Assembly (NCBI RefSeq): GCF_964355755.1
Contig: NC_092673.1
Coordinates: forward strand, 30,687,648-30,751,647
DNA length: 64,000 nucleotides
Direction: 5' to 3'
Source of the DNA: Antedon mediterranea
Lineage: Eukaryota > Animalia > Echinodermata
Shown: in pieces, positions 52,601-64,000 of the stretch
How the letters are laid out: each line of letters opens with the position of its first letter
How positions within the stretch are numbered: the first letter of the stretch is position 1
Program-made: the position numbers and the translations under genes
Notes under the pieces: generated by a model
What the model was told of the DNA's origin: nothing
Seen by the model: only the letters and a program-made list of their open reading frames with translations
The model's database searches: none

Positions 52601-54763
52601 ATAAAATAAAACTAATTTATTTTTTAAGTAATTTAATTAGATTGATATTTTATTGTCGATGATATTTATCATATATTTATTATTATTATTTTAATATTTT
52701 TAGTACAAAATAGATACAATTAGAAGCATTTATAAATCAAATATGAAATTGTTAGAGATTAGAATATTTTTTATGATCATTTATTTAATTTATAAGGAGA
52801 TGGATATCTATGTTGTTTTTGTTTGCTTTTAATTTTATTATGTTTTATTTATCAATGTTAGGATGAGCCCACAACCGGCATGGATCCGCATTCAAGACGA
52901 TTTCTATGGGATTTGATACTTAATATCATCAAGGAAGGAAGATCAGTGGTGTTAACATCACATAGGTAAGGTCGCTTAAGGTCACTTAAGGTTAGGGTTT
53001 TAAGGTTGTAAAGTCCCCCAACACCCCCTACATACATTCATTTTAAAAATATATTATCCCTTCCCCCCCCCCCCCCCCCCAGTTATTCATTTTGACCAAA
53101 AATTGGATCAAAAAAAATTAGTTAAATAACTGTAATTTAATGAAAATGGATTTTTGGTTGTATTTAACTTTAATTAACTTTATCAATACTACAAAATGGC
53201 TTATTCAAAGATTGATGTTGTTTTCATTTCTTATCTTTTTGTGGGGCAATACTCGAGTAAAATTAATTAATTTACAAAAAAAGTAAAGTATTTAGTTATG
53301 ACTTTTCAGTTTAATGTGTTTTTAAAATTTCTCTCACATAGTATGGAAGAATGCGAAGCTCTTTGTGGACGTCTTGCTATCCTTGTAAACGGCCGCTTCA
53401 AATGTCTTGGTAGTATACAACACTTAAAAAATAAGTTCGGCGGCGGTTACACAATAAGCATCCGTGTCAAGGGTGCCCACACAGCTCCTGTTAAACAATT
53501 CTTTAAAAGTGAATTCTCCGATGCCGAACTAAAGGTTTGTATTGTGACTCGTTGAGTCAGTCTCGTCTGTGTTTATATGAGTCACATGATAAAGCGATTA
53601 ACAATGACAATACGAATGCGTATTGCAAATGAGTTTGTTAATTTTTTTTGATATACCCATTTTTGTGGTATTAAAATTACCAGAACTATATTTGAAAGGT
53701 TTTAAACTACATTTGAAAATGATCTGCCATCTTAGTTTTCATATGGCAGCCAAAATAGTGTCCAATTTCTCCACTTATATCCACCTAACCTGTGTTTTTA
53801 TGTTTGTTAGTTATAAACATTTTTGCAATTGCACGCATCCATACACATGGGGTATCAATTTCAATCACAATAATAATAGTACTGGAAAATGTTGAATCTA
53901 CATTTGAAAAGCATCCTGGGTAATCTTTGCTAGTCATTGATATGTGTGTGTTCTTTTAGAAACTAATATTTTGTTTTTGTTTGAAGGATGAACATCACAA
54001 CATGTTGCAGTACGGAATAATACTAAGTAATACGTCACTAAGCAGGCTGTTCTCGCGGCTAGAAAACATGAAAACGGTCCTGCAAATTGAAGATTACTCC
54101 ATCAGTCAAACCACATTAGATAATGTAAGAAAATGTTACAATCTTTTAAGAAAATTGCCAACCATTCTTATTTTTCAAATAAAACACTCTAATAAGAGCC
54201 CACTCTCTCTATTAATAGACAACTCCTCCCTATTAAGGGATCACTCTCCCTATTAATGGACCACTGTTAATAATAGACTCCTCTCTAATAAAAGACCACT
54301 CTCTTTATTAAAGGACCACTCTTTTCTATTAATAGAAAACTCCCCTCTATTAAGGGACCACTTTTATCTATTAAAGGACCACTCATTAGTCTAAAGCTTA
54401 TAAATTTCCTATAACTTTAACATTAAAATGAGTTAAAGTTAATGTTTTAAAATTAAGAGGTCGAGTAATCCAAACATGTTTTTTATTTTGTAGGTGTTTG
54501 TAAATTTTGCAAAAGAACAAATGGGACAACTGGATGATTTCGTAGACTCAAATAGGGAGATGGTGCTAGATTCAAATGTACAGCTGCAGAATCTTGTGAG
54601 GACTGGTAGTAATGGTACCATTGATCTGGAGTATGATGACGATGATGAACAACTACTGCAGATGTTTGGACAAGAAGAAGTTGAAATAGTAAGAGAATCC
54701 CCCCCCCCCACCCTTAAGATGAAGCTCTCCCCCGCCTCCAACACACACACACCCTTAAAATGA
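13687..54763 (+). CDS. ABCA2: ABC transporter subfamily A member 2-like lipid transporter, 43 coding exons
   Basis: N-terminus [22 protein letters not shown], plus [19 protein letters not shown] and [11 protein letters not shown], match ABCA2 as recalled. NBD1 [24 protein letters not shown]; NBD2 [24 protein letters not shown]. Exons: 13687-13752, 23291-23384, 27441-27552, 27998-28155, 29213-29334, 30014-30310, 30986-31078, 31480-31587, 32845-32907, 33562-34155, 34549-34677, 34792-35056, 35363-35642, 36004-36118, 36930-37120, 38024-38174, 38750-38954, 39197-39355, 39544-39718, 39871-40002, 40270-40350, 40643-40839, 41020-41211, 42040-42348, 42645-42827, 43190-43771, 45475-45661, 46205-46310, 46467-46642, 47210-47387, 47781-47896, 48261-48408, 48939-49062, 49319-49451, 49876-49999, 50530-50601, 50826-50932, 51884-52025, 52401-52535, 52862-52965, 53342-53534, 53987-54124, 54494-54763. 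A probable 5' UTR exon ends near 12738. Confidence 0.93.
14148..15687. mobile_element. 1.54-kb non-autonomous DNA transposon, TTAA TSD (Kolobok-like)
   Basis: TTAA-AGGGGGATTCTGGGTTTAAAAT ... ATTTTAAACCCGGAACCCCCCT-TTAA. No transposase ORF. Confidence 0.8.
15712..16019. mobile_element. Harbinger-like MITE interrupted by a retroposon 3' tail
   Basis: MITE halves at 15712-15797 and 15951-16019 flank an insert ending GAGGGTCCCTAATGATCAGC..GATCACCCTCATAAAT..A-rich tail. Confidence 0.75.
16990..17760. repeat. About 81-bp minisatellite, about 9 copies
   Basis: Unit ATAGGGGTGTCCATTAAAGTGTTTGACCATAAGGTTAAAATATTGCATGTTGCTTGTTTT..AAGTGTCCC. Produces 27-aa periodic ORFs in three frames. Confidence 0.95.
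19374..20243. repeat. (AAACTGTAAGCT)n 12/11-bp tandem array, about 870 bp
   Basis: Directly visible and nearly invariant. Confidence 0.98.
22355..22613 (+). mobile_element. tRNA-derived SINE
   Basis: A-box TGGTTTAGTGG, B-box GGTTCAAGTCC, body shared with the copy at 24090, A-rich tail. Confidence 0.75.
24090..24335 (+). mobile_element. tRNA-derived SINE with LINE-like stem-loop tail
   Basis: TGGCTTGGTGG / GGTTCAAGTCC boxes, 3' GAGGGTCC..GATCAGC..GCTGGAT..GATCACCCTC, then poly(A). Confidence 0.8.
26275..27257. mobile_element. TTAA-flanked Kolobok-like element carrying a nested SINE
   Basis: TTAA-AGACCCCT ... AGGGGGCT-TTAA; imperfect TIRs and a CpG-richer interior. Confidence 0.55.
26750..27008 (-). 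mobile_element. tRNA-headed SINE with a Deu/Nin-type central domain
   Basis: Minus strand GTGGCCGAGCGGTTAAG..GGTTCGAGGC, then CGGATAAGGACTATAAACCGTAGGTCC..GCACTTTAAAGAACC..GAGTAGGGGGTTACCCCGGTGT. Decayed copies at about 35190-35270, 35795-35875 and 47405-47590. Confidence 0.8.
27618..27783. mobile_element. Representative full-length copy of the dominant about 165-bp Harbinger-like MITE
   Basis: TIR AGCTCTGTCTACACTATCAAACT with T/A-rich 3-bp flanks. Full or partial copies near 2800, 4930, 6230, 15712, 29355, 29797, 30703, 35274, 38443, 40850, 43795, 44180, 49093, 49548, 50093, 56063, 56434 and 56642. Confidence 0.9.
31149..31441. mobile_element. MITE with TIR GACCCCATTTACA (Harbinger-like)
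   Basis: GACCCCATTTACACTAACGATT ... AATCGTAAATGTAAATGGGGTC. Confidence 0.65.
31590..31960. repeat. Degenerate purine-rich repeat (GGAAAGAATGATAGAAAGTGTGAAA-like)
   Basis: Strong G/A strand bias; accounts for the F/S/L-rich minus-strand ORFs. Confidence 0.65.
33048..33490. repeat. Three-copy tandem repeat, about 165 bp
   Basis: ATGTAAAATCACAGAACAAGTTGATAGTCTATTTCGTGCCAGGCTCACCTGGATAAACCGACATTG occurs three times; a solo copy lies at about 27315-27372. Confidence 0.85.
36220..36510. repeat. 51-bp (3 x 17-bp) minisatellite inside a pogo/Tigger-like MITE
   Basis: GACAACCCTATTCAGAGAACAACCCTATTCACACGACAACTTCATTCAGAT, about 5 copies. The element ends GTGTCCCCTAATAGACACTCTACTGTA near 36648. Confidence 0.9.
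36677..36865 (+). mobile_element. tRNA-derived SINE, second subfamily (another copy at about 38272-38435)
   Basis: GTAGCTTGGTGG..GGTTCAATCC..ACTCTACTCCCT.AGCCTCAAAT.AGACTT is shared by both copies. Confidence 0.7.
41356..41800. repeat. 85-bp minisatellite, 5 copies plus a partial
   Basis: AAAGTGTCCC starts at 41356, 41441, 41526, 41611, 41696 and 41781. Confidence 0.95.
45760..46150. repeat. About 36-bp degenerate minisatellite
   Basis: TTCGATAGCCCCACAGACACTTGCCCATCCCCTTC-like units, about 10 copies. Confidence 0.9.
46746..47048. mobile_element. Decayed fold-back element (arms about 115 bp)
   Basis: TATCACAATAGC..GATTCTTGAAACTGTACCTATAATT..CAGTATCATAG pairs with CTATGATACTG..AATTATAGGTACAGTTTCAAGAATC..GCTATTGTGATA. 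Confidence 0.8.
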
Positions 54764-57700
54764 AGAAACCCCACCCCCTCTTTTTTGTAAACACAAGATA
54801 CTTTACAAAAGTAACAAAATAAATTCATTTACAAAATGTTCAGCCTTGCTTCCAAAATATTTCCACTTTGTTAGTTTAGTTTGACCCATGACCTTTTTAG
54901 TCAAGCGTGTACTATTCAAAAATGAAACTTAATATGTCATTGTATGTTTTATCATTTTTTTTTTAATTCAATAGTATATAACGAGGGTGGTCCATCCACG
55001 TTAAATATTGTAATAAATTTTTTTTTAATAAAAAAATCATATCTTTTTTAGAATGCTCGATTGACATTTAACTTTGAAGAGCTTGCAGAATCTTGTTGAA
55101 GTCTGTCCAACACGTTCATCATTTCAGCATAGGTTCTAAACTTGTGTACATAATTCTTCCATTTGTCATAGTTTAAGCAGTACTCTACTCCTAATATGGG
55201 TTTAATTGTTACTAGACTTTATAAATGCTGTGATTGGTCAAGAAGCTTGACTAGTGTCAAACAGCGTTTACTGGCGTCAAATAGCACGATTGGTCGTTAT
55301 GATATACTGACTAATCAACGTGTATAAATCTGATCTGAGGAACATTCCAGTTTGGCTTCAGCCACATCCAAGAGTTTGCATTCTCTCTGGCTATCTCCCT
55401 CCTGGACTTTACCAAGATCACACTATGTTTGGTCTGGCTATCTCCCTCCTGGACTTCACCAAGATCACACTTCAACTATAACATTAACTATTTGGTGGCT
55501 TTGCACTACAGTGCTTGTTCGACGAAAGCAAATTTTGATCAATCTTAATTATTCTGTAACAGTAGGTCTCCTTATTAATTGATTTTTCACTAAATTGAGG
55601 TTGATGTAAATTTAAACATCTTAAGTGATATAACAGTACTTGAATTTAACAAGTAAATAAAACATTAATAGGTTCATGTTACTATGTTTCATAGTCCCAT
55701 TCCATTAGCAATAATAGTAATACTTAAAAGCGAGTGTGCAGGGAATTAAAATGTCTTCCTTAGAATTGTGCTAAAAAAACACAAGGCAACAAAACAGATA
55801 AAACAATAGACAGACAGACAGACTTACCGTGTGAAAATCATAATGAATGTAAATATTTCTTAAAGTTTGATTATACTATTGTTACATTAGTGAGATTTCG
55901 TTTTGGGAGAGTAGATGAAGTTACCAGACCGTGACAAGTGGAAAGTGTATTGCGGATCCACGTTCCATAACCGACACAGTAAATTACCGTCATCTATTGT
56001 GCGAAAACAAATGATTCTATTTACTAAAAACTGTGCATACAGACAGTGTGATGGATATTCTAAAGCTCGGTCTACACTATCAAACAAGTGTGATGTGCCC
56101 AAATATGGTGGTGATGTACCCATATATGACATCATTATGTCCATATATGGGCACTTCACATTTTGTTGTCACATAAAGTTTGATAGTTAGACGTTAGATA
56201 CTGTATATATAACATCATATTCTGTAATATAAGATAGTTGTATTATTAAATTATTTTAATTGATAGAACTTATTTATTATAATTAGTTTACACAAAGGAA
56301 TATTTAAATTATAAGTCATTCTTTCTTTAGTCTGAAACAATGTTAATATGTATGTACATTGTTCTAAGGAAAGGTCAAGGGTCAGTTTAGTATCGAGTTT
56401 CAACAACAATAACAATATTAAATTAGCTTTCTTAAGCTCTGTCTAAACTATCAAACTAGTTTGACAAAAAAAAAGTGTGATGTGCCCAAATATGGTAGTG
56501 ACATGACGTCATCGTGTTCATATATGGGCACATCACCTTTTTTTGTCACATAAAGTTAATAGTATAGACAGCGATAGTGGCGTTAGAAATTCCAACATTT
56601 ATATTCGGAAATTGAGACTTCCTTAATTCTTTACTATTCTAAAGCTATGTGTACAAACTTAATGTGATGTGCCCATATATGGAATGATGATGTCATATCA
56701 CTACTATACTTGGGCATATCACTACCATATTTGGGCACATCATACTTTTTTTGTAAAACTAGTTTGATATTGTAGACAGAGTCTAATAAATTTGATAACT
56801 TCTGTTTGGTCATCCACCGAATTTAGAATGTCTTTTTTTTTTCTGCAGTGTATTTTATTTTGTCATTCTCTACGTCATTTGTGTTTAAATACAAATATCT
56901 CAATAATGATTTAATTATTATTAATATTTAATTATGTAATTTGTTTCATTGCTTGTTTTTTTTTAAAGTAAAGTATAATTTAAGAACCATATAGTTTAAG
57001 TTCATGTCAATATAACTTGTTTAAAATAATTCCATTTTAAGTTGCCGTATACCATACCATTGTGTGGATTTATTTAATTATTGTAGTATTTTACGTACTA
57101 TAGACGTGCAATTAAAATGAATAGCAACTTAATTCATTATTTCGTTAAACTATTTAAATTAATAAACCATTTATCTAAAAATAGTTATTTACTATTAGTA
57201 TTATATTATCAATAATCATATGGTTACATTTGTATAACGAACAGTAAGATAGACATTAAACAGTGTTGATTTGTTGTGAATGGTATAATATATACAATAC
57301 GATACTGTAGGTATGTTATTTATAACATACTAAAACTAGATAATTGGATGGGGAATATTGAGGAAGCTATTGTGCTATGAAAATTGTGAAGATATGGTCA
57401 CATGAAGGAAATAGTTTAATTCCGCCATTGGTAAACATAAAGGGATCATGTCAACATTTATTCTACTGCAATAACTACATGTTTTATTGTAAAAAACAGT
57501 AAACAGTTTTGGTTGTTCGATTGTAGACGTTTATGAGGCAGTTAATGTAATAGACAATGTGTATGATTATCCATAAACAATTGCGTTGAAAGTTTAAAGA
57601 GTAGACAACATTTTTGACATGGTTCCTAAAAGTAATCGATTCTCATACTATAATGTTACGGCGGAAGAGTGAACTTTTCCCTGATAATGTGTACTATCTG

Positions 57701-59609
57701 TTGATTGTCAAAAGCACTGTATAAATGTGTTAACATTAACAGAGTTATACAGGTACAGCCCCGGGTACAGGCTATGAGGAAAAAACATAAACTGCACTAT
57801 GTCGACCATGTTGTTTGTTATTGTAGTAAACGTTTATTATATTTCACAATTTGAAGAAACACTAATAATATAATAATCGTAATATTACTATAAATATAAA
57901 CATTTGTTTTTTTGTAGCGAAATTAACTAAGGCATTGGTATTGTAATTGTATATTGGAGATATGTAAGCCTAATTTATTTTCTGTTGAACTTTCAAATAA
58001 ATTATAACTGTCCAATGATTGGTTATCACTAGGACACAGCGGAAAGACATACGCGCAACGCGTGTGATTTAGCCAATCACAAGTGACAGCTCCGATGCTC
58101 TGTTGCTTATGATTGGTCAACTTACTTGCGCTGAATGTCATGAATCTTAGTGACAACTATTAGTTTTATGATTGGTGCTAATGTTAGTGATGAGGTAAAT
58201 GGGTTTGGTTTTCATTGATGCTGTTCATCTTTTTGAAAGAAAAAAAAATTAAATTAGTTTCTGAGAGAGAAATAAATTTTTGCGATGAAATGAAATATGT
58301 TGTTTCTCTATTACGTATGGGCCATATACATGAATGCTAACTTTAAATAATATAATAATATATTTTTATGCTAAGAAGAGCATTTTAGTAGAAACAAGTT
58401 TATACTTCAGCATAATTGGATCAGCATTATAAAATGGAAAATGTTTTCTTTTCCAATTTTCTCCGTCGTTTAACGCTTATCCCGAAGAGATCATCCGAAA
58501 ATGTATAACGATTTGCCAGATTCGGCTCCATTGTTTTGTAATATTTCTGCTTAGTACGCTACCCTAGACTATTTACCTGACGATTACCCCTTCATTGACA
58601 ATGTAACAAAATGGAATAACCATATTGATAAACAAAATGATAATAAAAGTGACAATGCTTTGATAATTATTCATCGGGGTGGGTGGGGGGGGGGGAGGGT
58701 AGGCTGGGGTGAGTAAGAGAAACACCATTTTTTATACCAAATATCCCACCTCCCTCCACCTCTATTATATAATGGTCGATCGTAACGGTTTTGTAGGCCT
58801 ACATGACCGATGTGATAATATAAAGCATTAAAAAACATGATCTTTCTAGGCTGAAATGCCCTTTAATTCACATATTTGGTTCGATTCGAGCGTATTGTCA
58901 GACTATTGATTGTTTACCTAACGGGTTGACTTCATGTCAACGGCCAACTTATAAATAGGTTTCTTTCCAAGAAAGAAATCAGCTGAGTTATTGTTTCCGC
59001 GATAACACCTTTGTGATATAATTTGTTTTTCTGATGCTATATATATAATAGGAATAACCTAAACTTCAATTAATATACATATTGACGTTTTCTTGTGGAG
59101 AAGTTACGTCGACATTTCTGGGTGTGTCAAATATTATTCATTTATATTAGGTAATGTATATTACTTTTTCCAATATTGTTTCAGCGTAATATGTCAAAAA
59201 GGGATCTGGCTATGTATTTTAAGACCGCTGACGGTGTAGTATTTAGGTGACCTACCCAACACAACCACTTATCCGTAATATACGGTAGTAATGTTGTTGT
59301 CGTGAAATTACTATTGTATAATAATTGTACCATGACTGGCAATATCTTCCATGGTTATACGGTTGTACCCATGCGTCTAGTACAGCAACAAGTGTAGTTG
59401 TATAATCCTAACTCAACTATCATTAGGCGCGCCTAAAAGGCATAGATATACAAAATAAGCAAATTGGAGATCTCTATTTCTCTTCTTTTGGTCATCATCC
59501 TTCCGTTTAGTTTACAAATATAATTTATATTAAAGCTATTAAAAAACAAACAAACTGAAACAATGATATCAATGTATTTTGTTATAGCCTATCTATACAA
59601 TAAGACGAG

Positions 59610-61022
59610 ATGGCAGATTCTAAACTCTACGAATTCCGAAACTTGAAATCTACTCTGAGTAAACTCTATGACGGTGAAAGGTACTTTTGGTTACGATTAT
59701 GTTTGTTCGATCTCTTAAGTGTGGGTGATGTTACAAATCCAGATTCTATTGGAAACGATTTATTTAATGCTCTTGAAGACAGAGGTTTAATCACACCGAC
59801 CAATGTTAACATTCTTTTAGAGATAGCGAAGCTAACAGAAATGAATGATGCTGTAAACCTTGTGAAAGGATACATAAATGACAACAGAGTTCCGAATACA
59901 GATGAACCAAAGTTGTCCTCTTTCCGGATACAACTTTTCAAAGCTATGAGACAAGTTCACCCAGGTGCATTGAGAGATCTTATCGCCTACTACGGACTAG
60001 GACATTATAACCTAAAGAATATTTGGGACGTGGTTCTGAAACTGGAGATCGACGTAATTCTAGAAGATGAACCAGATAAAATAGAAAGATTTGCAAACTG
60101 TCTAGGACCAGCTGTCAAACGAATCCTTCTTGTTACGGGTATGTATAAGAAATTAAGCTAGTCTACTTTTAAAAGGAATATTATTCAAAACTATCTATTT
60201 GTTTGTAATTGAAGAATTACAAACTGACAAAACTATTAATCTGAATCATTTAGTTAGCAGTAACTGTTTACTTTTTAATTATAGGCAATACTGTAAATAA
60301 CAGGAATAGATGCGTATCATCGAGTAACCAATGCGAACCAAGTGAAGGTAAAATTTGAATTATTTTTAATAGAAGAATGAAAGTAGAAAAACAAAAGAAA
60401 GTGATGGAATGATAACTGAAAATGTTTCTAATAGTTTTCTGTGCCTTTGATAATGATTTCAATAAAACTGTTTGTGTGTTTTCTTCAATCCGTAGGTACA
60501 GATCTCTCGGAGGATGATTTTAGACAGTTAATTGCGGATTTTGTGCAGTGGTATGATGAACGTGGTCTTCTTACCAAGCTAAAAGTTCTATACATATATA
60601 TTTTAGGCGACGTTCAAGCATTGAAAAGGGTTACCAGTACAATCGATCTGTTAGCTCTTTTAACCGAGCCTGGGCTATTGAGCCGAACCAACTTTTCTAT
60701 CCTGTATGATACTTTAAAAGTAACTAACCAACTTGGATTTGAATCACCTGTCACAAAAAAGCTTCCGCTTTTCAAAGATATCAAGAACCGTGATCCAGTA
60801 ACATTTTCACCACACACAATCAAGATTTTTAATCTGGGAAAGGATCTTAGTGATTCAGATGTAAAAACTCTTGATGGGCGATACAACTTCCCTGTCCTTA
60901 AGAAGTATGAAGACAGCTGGAGTTTGATTTTGGATTTTGAACCGAGAGGGCTGCTGAGTGAAGACAAACTCGATGAAGTTAAGGGGGTGTTAAAAAGGCC
61001 TAGACAAGAAAAAAGATTTTAA
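59610..61022 (+). CDS. Protein with four death-effector-domain (DED)-like units and no caspase domain, about 372 aa
   Basis: Exons 59610-60138, 60285-60347, 60496-61022 (phase 1). DED-like motifs DLFNALEDRGLITPTNVNILLEI, LSSFRIQLFK..WDVVLKLE, DFRQLI..DLLALL..GLLSRTNFSIL, FSPHTIKIFNLGKDLSDSDV..WSLILDFEPRGLLSEDKL. A 5' UTR donor lies at 59151. Confidence 0.72.
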
Positions 61023-61544
61023 TTTTTATATTGTGTAGGCATACAATGTAGATATAAAAACTTTATGATGGGCAACGAACTTTAATGTCCTTAAAGAGTA
61101 TAGAGACAGATCAGCCCTGGAAAACAAATGGAGTTTGATTTTCAGATGTTAGATGAGAAAAAGGAATTTACTTCTTCAAGGTGTTTGTCAAAATTATATT
61201 TATAATGTTAAAGGGCTTAAAACAATAAAATGTAATAAACAACAACAATGATATATAATAATTATAGGATGGCTAAATGGAACCTTAGTAATGTGCAAAG
61301 AAATCGTCTTTAACTAAAGGGGGCAGGAATAGACTCTTTAACTAGATTTTAAAAGGTGTGTTGGTAATTTCTAATAGTTTATTTTTCATTTATTAAATTT
61401 ACTCAAATGTTAGGCCTAATCCTACTGCAGTAGAAATTGTAATTCTCATTAGTGACAATCCTATATTTTAAACATAATCGCCGTATCCAATTTGTTTTGT
61501 AAACGGAAGAGTTTTAAATAAATAAATTTTGTTAAACCATTTTT

Positions 61545-61632
61545 GTTGTTTAGCCTACCTTATTACAGAAAAGACAAGATACTCATGATTCTATGACGGT
61601 AAAAGGTACTTTTGGTTACGATTATGTTTATT
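61545..61632 (+). pseudogene. Deleted relic of the first coding exon of the DED gene
   Basis: TAGCCTA..AAGACAAGAT then CTATGACGGTAAAAGGTACTTTTGGTTACGATTATGTTT, matching about 59585-59705 with an internal deletion. Confidence 0.75.
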
Positions 61633-61636
61633 CCGC

Positions 61637-62292
61637 TTCATTTACACAACATGGAATAATTATATTGATTACAGTGATCTATTGATTGATTTATATTATT
61701 TATTATTTTATAGGCTAATTATTCAAAGAAAAGAAAGTGGCCGTTTTCGTAAACAAATAAATTACAGGGCCTATTATAACAACGGTGGTCTTGTCTATAA
61801 TGTTAATGATAAATTATTATTATTTAATGTAGCTTCTGCTTCATTTACAATGCTAACAACATGGAACAATTATATTGATTACAGTGATCTATTGATTGAT
61901 TTATATTATTTATTATTTTATATACTAATTATTCATAGTACCACTGTAGTAGATGAAGAAAGTGGCCATTGTGTTTCCCCCGTTTTTGTAAACAAATAAA
62001 TTACAGGGCCTATTATAACAATGGTGGTCTTGTCTATAATGTTAATGATAAATTATTATTATTTAATGTAGCTTCTGCTTCATTTACAATGCTAACAACA
62101 TGGAACAATTATATTGATTACAGTGATCTATTGATTGATTTATATTATTTATTATTTTATATACTAATTATTCATAGTACCACTGTAGTAGATGAAGAAA
62201 GTGGCCATTGTGTTTCCCCCGTTTTTGTAAACAAATAAATTACAGGTCCTATTATAACAATGGTGGTCTTGTCTATGTAATGTTAATGACAA
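61637..62292. repeat. 239-bp tandem repeat (about 2.7 copies)
   Basis: AAACAAATAAATTACAGG starts at 61751, 61990 and 62229. Confidence 0.92.
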
Positions 62293-62760
62293 AGTTATTA
62301 CTTTTATAACGCAACAGACTCAATGATGCGCTTTTGTTTTGAAAAATGTAGCCAGCTACTAAAAATCACATCGCAACAAAATGTTAGTACTCAGACGTTG
62401 TTTGTTGATATTATATGTCGTTTATAATGAATGAACATGGGTTCTTTATGTCGGGATGACCGAGACACAACTGGTGCTGACTGGGGTTCAATTAGACCGA
62501 TCCTTGGTTAGCGACGAAGGCGTATCCCCTTACTTCGGTTTGGTTTTTTTTTTTTTTTTTTTTTGCATGGTTGGAATTCCCTTTTTTTCGTATTAATTTA
62601 TGTACAGTGCTTAGAGGTTTCACAACATTATTATTATTATATGTTTATAACGCTAAAATGCAACCATAAATATGTTTTTTCTGCGAATACCTACAATCGA
62701 ATACGCTTTATTATTATTTAAAGGTTTCGATATTATTATTTCACCGTGTTTTTTATACCA

Positions 62761-62949
62761 ATAAATTATGTTTTTTTAAAGCTATAATTAAACTGAATGG
62801 AAAATCCCGTATTGAAAGTGATCGTACTACCACTAGAATGATATGATGGAATAGCCTTATTAAAATATTCAAATTCTAGCACGATCACTTTCAATACGGG
62901 ATTTTCCATTCAGTTTAATTATAGCTTTGAAAAAAAACCCATAATTTAT
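62761..62949. mobile_element. Fold-back MITE-like inverted repeat (arms about 65 bp)
   Basis: AAAGCTATAATTAAACTGAATGGAAAATCCCGTATTGAAAGTGATCGT is followed by its exact reverse complement. Confidence 0.8.
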
Positions 62950-63911
62950 AAAAATATAACAGTGTTATGATAATTATTCATCGCGTGAGAAGTGGGAGAA
63001 ACGCTTTGTTAGATTTAAGCATACCGTTCTGTCAACTTGTTGATTATTTACATAATCGATGGACGATTATATGATTATTATCAACGTTCAACCTATAAAT
63101 ACACTAATTTCCTTCTATGAAATCAGATGTTTATAGTTTTTCCGTGATAACTTTTAAGTGGTTTACTTTTGTGATAGGCCTATAATGTGTTTTTCTGAAA
63201 GGACCCTATACATTATAAATGAAATAGCCTAAAATTGAACTTGTACAATCAATACATATTGTTGCATACGCTGAAGTACGTTTTCTTGTGGAGAAGATCC
63301 GTCGCCATTTAGGGTGTCAAATAAGCTAGTGCAATCATTATTATTGACAGGTAATGTATAACGTAATGTATTTCAAATTTATGTATTTGATTAATGCCTA
63401 TTGTTGATACAACATGATTTCATTTACCTAGGCCCTATATGTCTCTAGTGACTTATCTAACAATCCATAGCTAGTCCTATTTATATATTCTGGGCTATTA
63501 TTGTTTAATCTCAATCTCTGTCATGATCCTTTGATAATTGTATAAACTATAAAAAAAAAAGACGAAAATGGGCTAACGATTGCTTTGGAGCTATAGATTA
63601 GTTTCAATCATTTCAACTGTACACCACTGTACTTGATTAATGCATATTATTGATAGACCATTGCATTTACCTATAGGCTTACAGTATTGTGACTTACCCA
63701 ACAATTCATAGGCCTATATATTATATTTGTATTATCTCTTTCATGATCCTTTCATAAATTGTATAAAATTGCTTTGTTCTTTTATGGTCATCTTCCCACA
63801 CGTTTCCAAAATATACAAAATTAACTATTAGGCCTAAACATGAGCACTATGTGAAACCAATGTTCTGTAATTGTATTCTTTAGCATATCGTAGAAAACAC
63901 AACACGACGAG

Positions 63912-64000
63912 ATGGCAGAGTCTAAACTTTACGAATTCCAAAACTTAAAAGCTGATCTCAGTAAATTCTATGACGGTGAAAGGTACTTTTGGTTACGATT
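63912..64000 (+). CDS. 5' end of a second paralog of the DED-like gene (cut by the window end)
   Basis: MAESKLYEFQNLKADLSKFYDGERYFWLR versus MADSKLYEFRNLKSTLSKLYDGERYFWLR. The upstream UTR exon and donor (63351) are also duplicated. Confidence 0.85.
   Translation, partial: MAESKLYEFQNLKADLSKFYDGERYFWLR

Noticed and set aside
61682-62238. Two similar ORFs of 105 and 89 aa
   Set aside because: They are translations of the AT-rich 239-bp tandem repeat with no recognisable domain.

Overview
AT-rich, intron-rich animal genomic DNA. A Deu/Nin-domain SINE suggests an invertebrate deuterostome, possibly an echinoderm (inference). Gene models were built by hand from splice signals and protein similarity recalled from memory; no database search was run. 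Gene order: first coding exon of a DOLPP1-like gene (-, leaves the window) head-to-head with ODR4 (+, 11 exons, one U12-type intron); a 208-aa gene made only of three tandem MLLE/PABC domains (-), head-to-head with RPL28 (+, 5'TOP-like start); a 43-coding-exon ABCA2-type transporter (+, 13687-54763); and a tandem cluster of proteins with four death-effector-like domains (one complete copy, one relic, one cut by the window end). Introns are full of non-autonomous elements (Harbinger-, hAT-, Merlin-, Kolobok- and pogo-like MITEs, tRNA-derived SINEs, a Penelope-type hammerhead relic) and minisatellites. The strongest novelty candidate is the stand-alone triple-MLLE protein next to RPL28.
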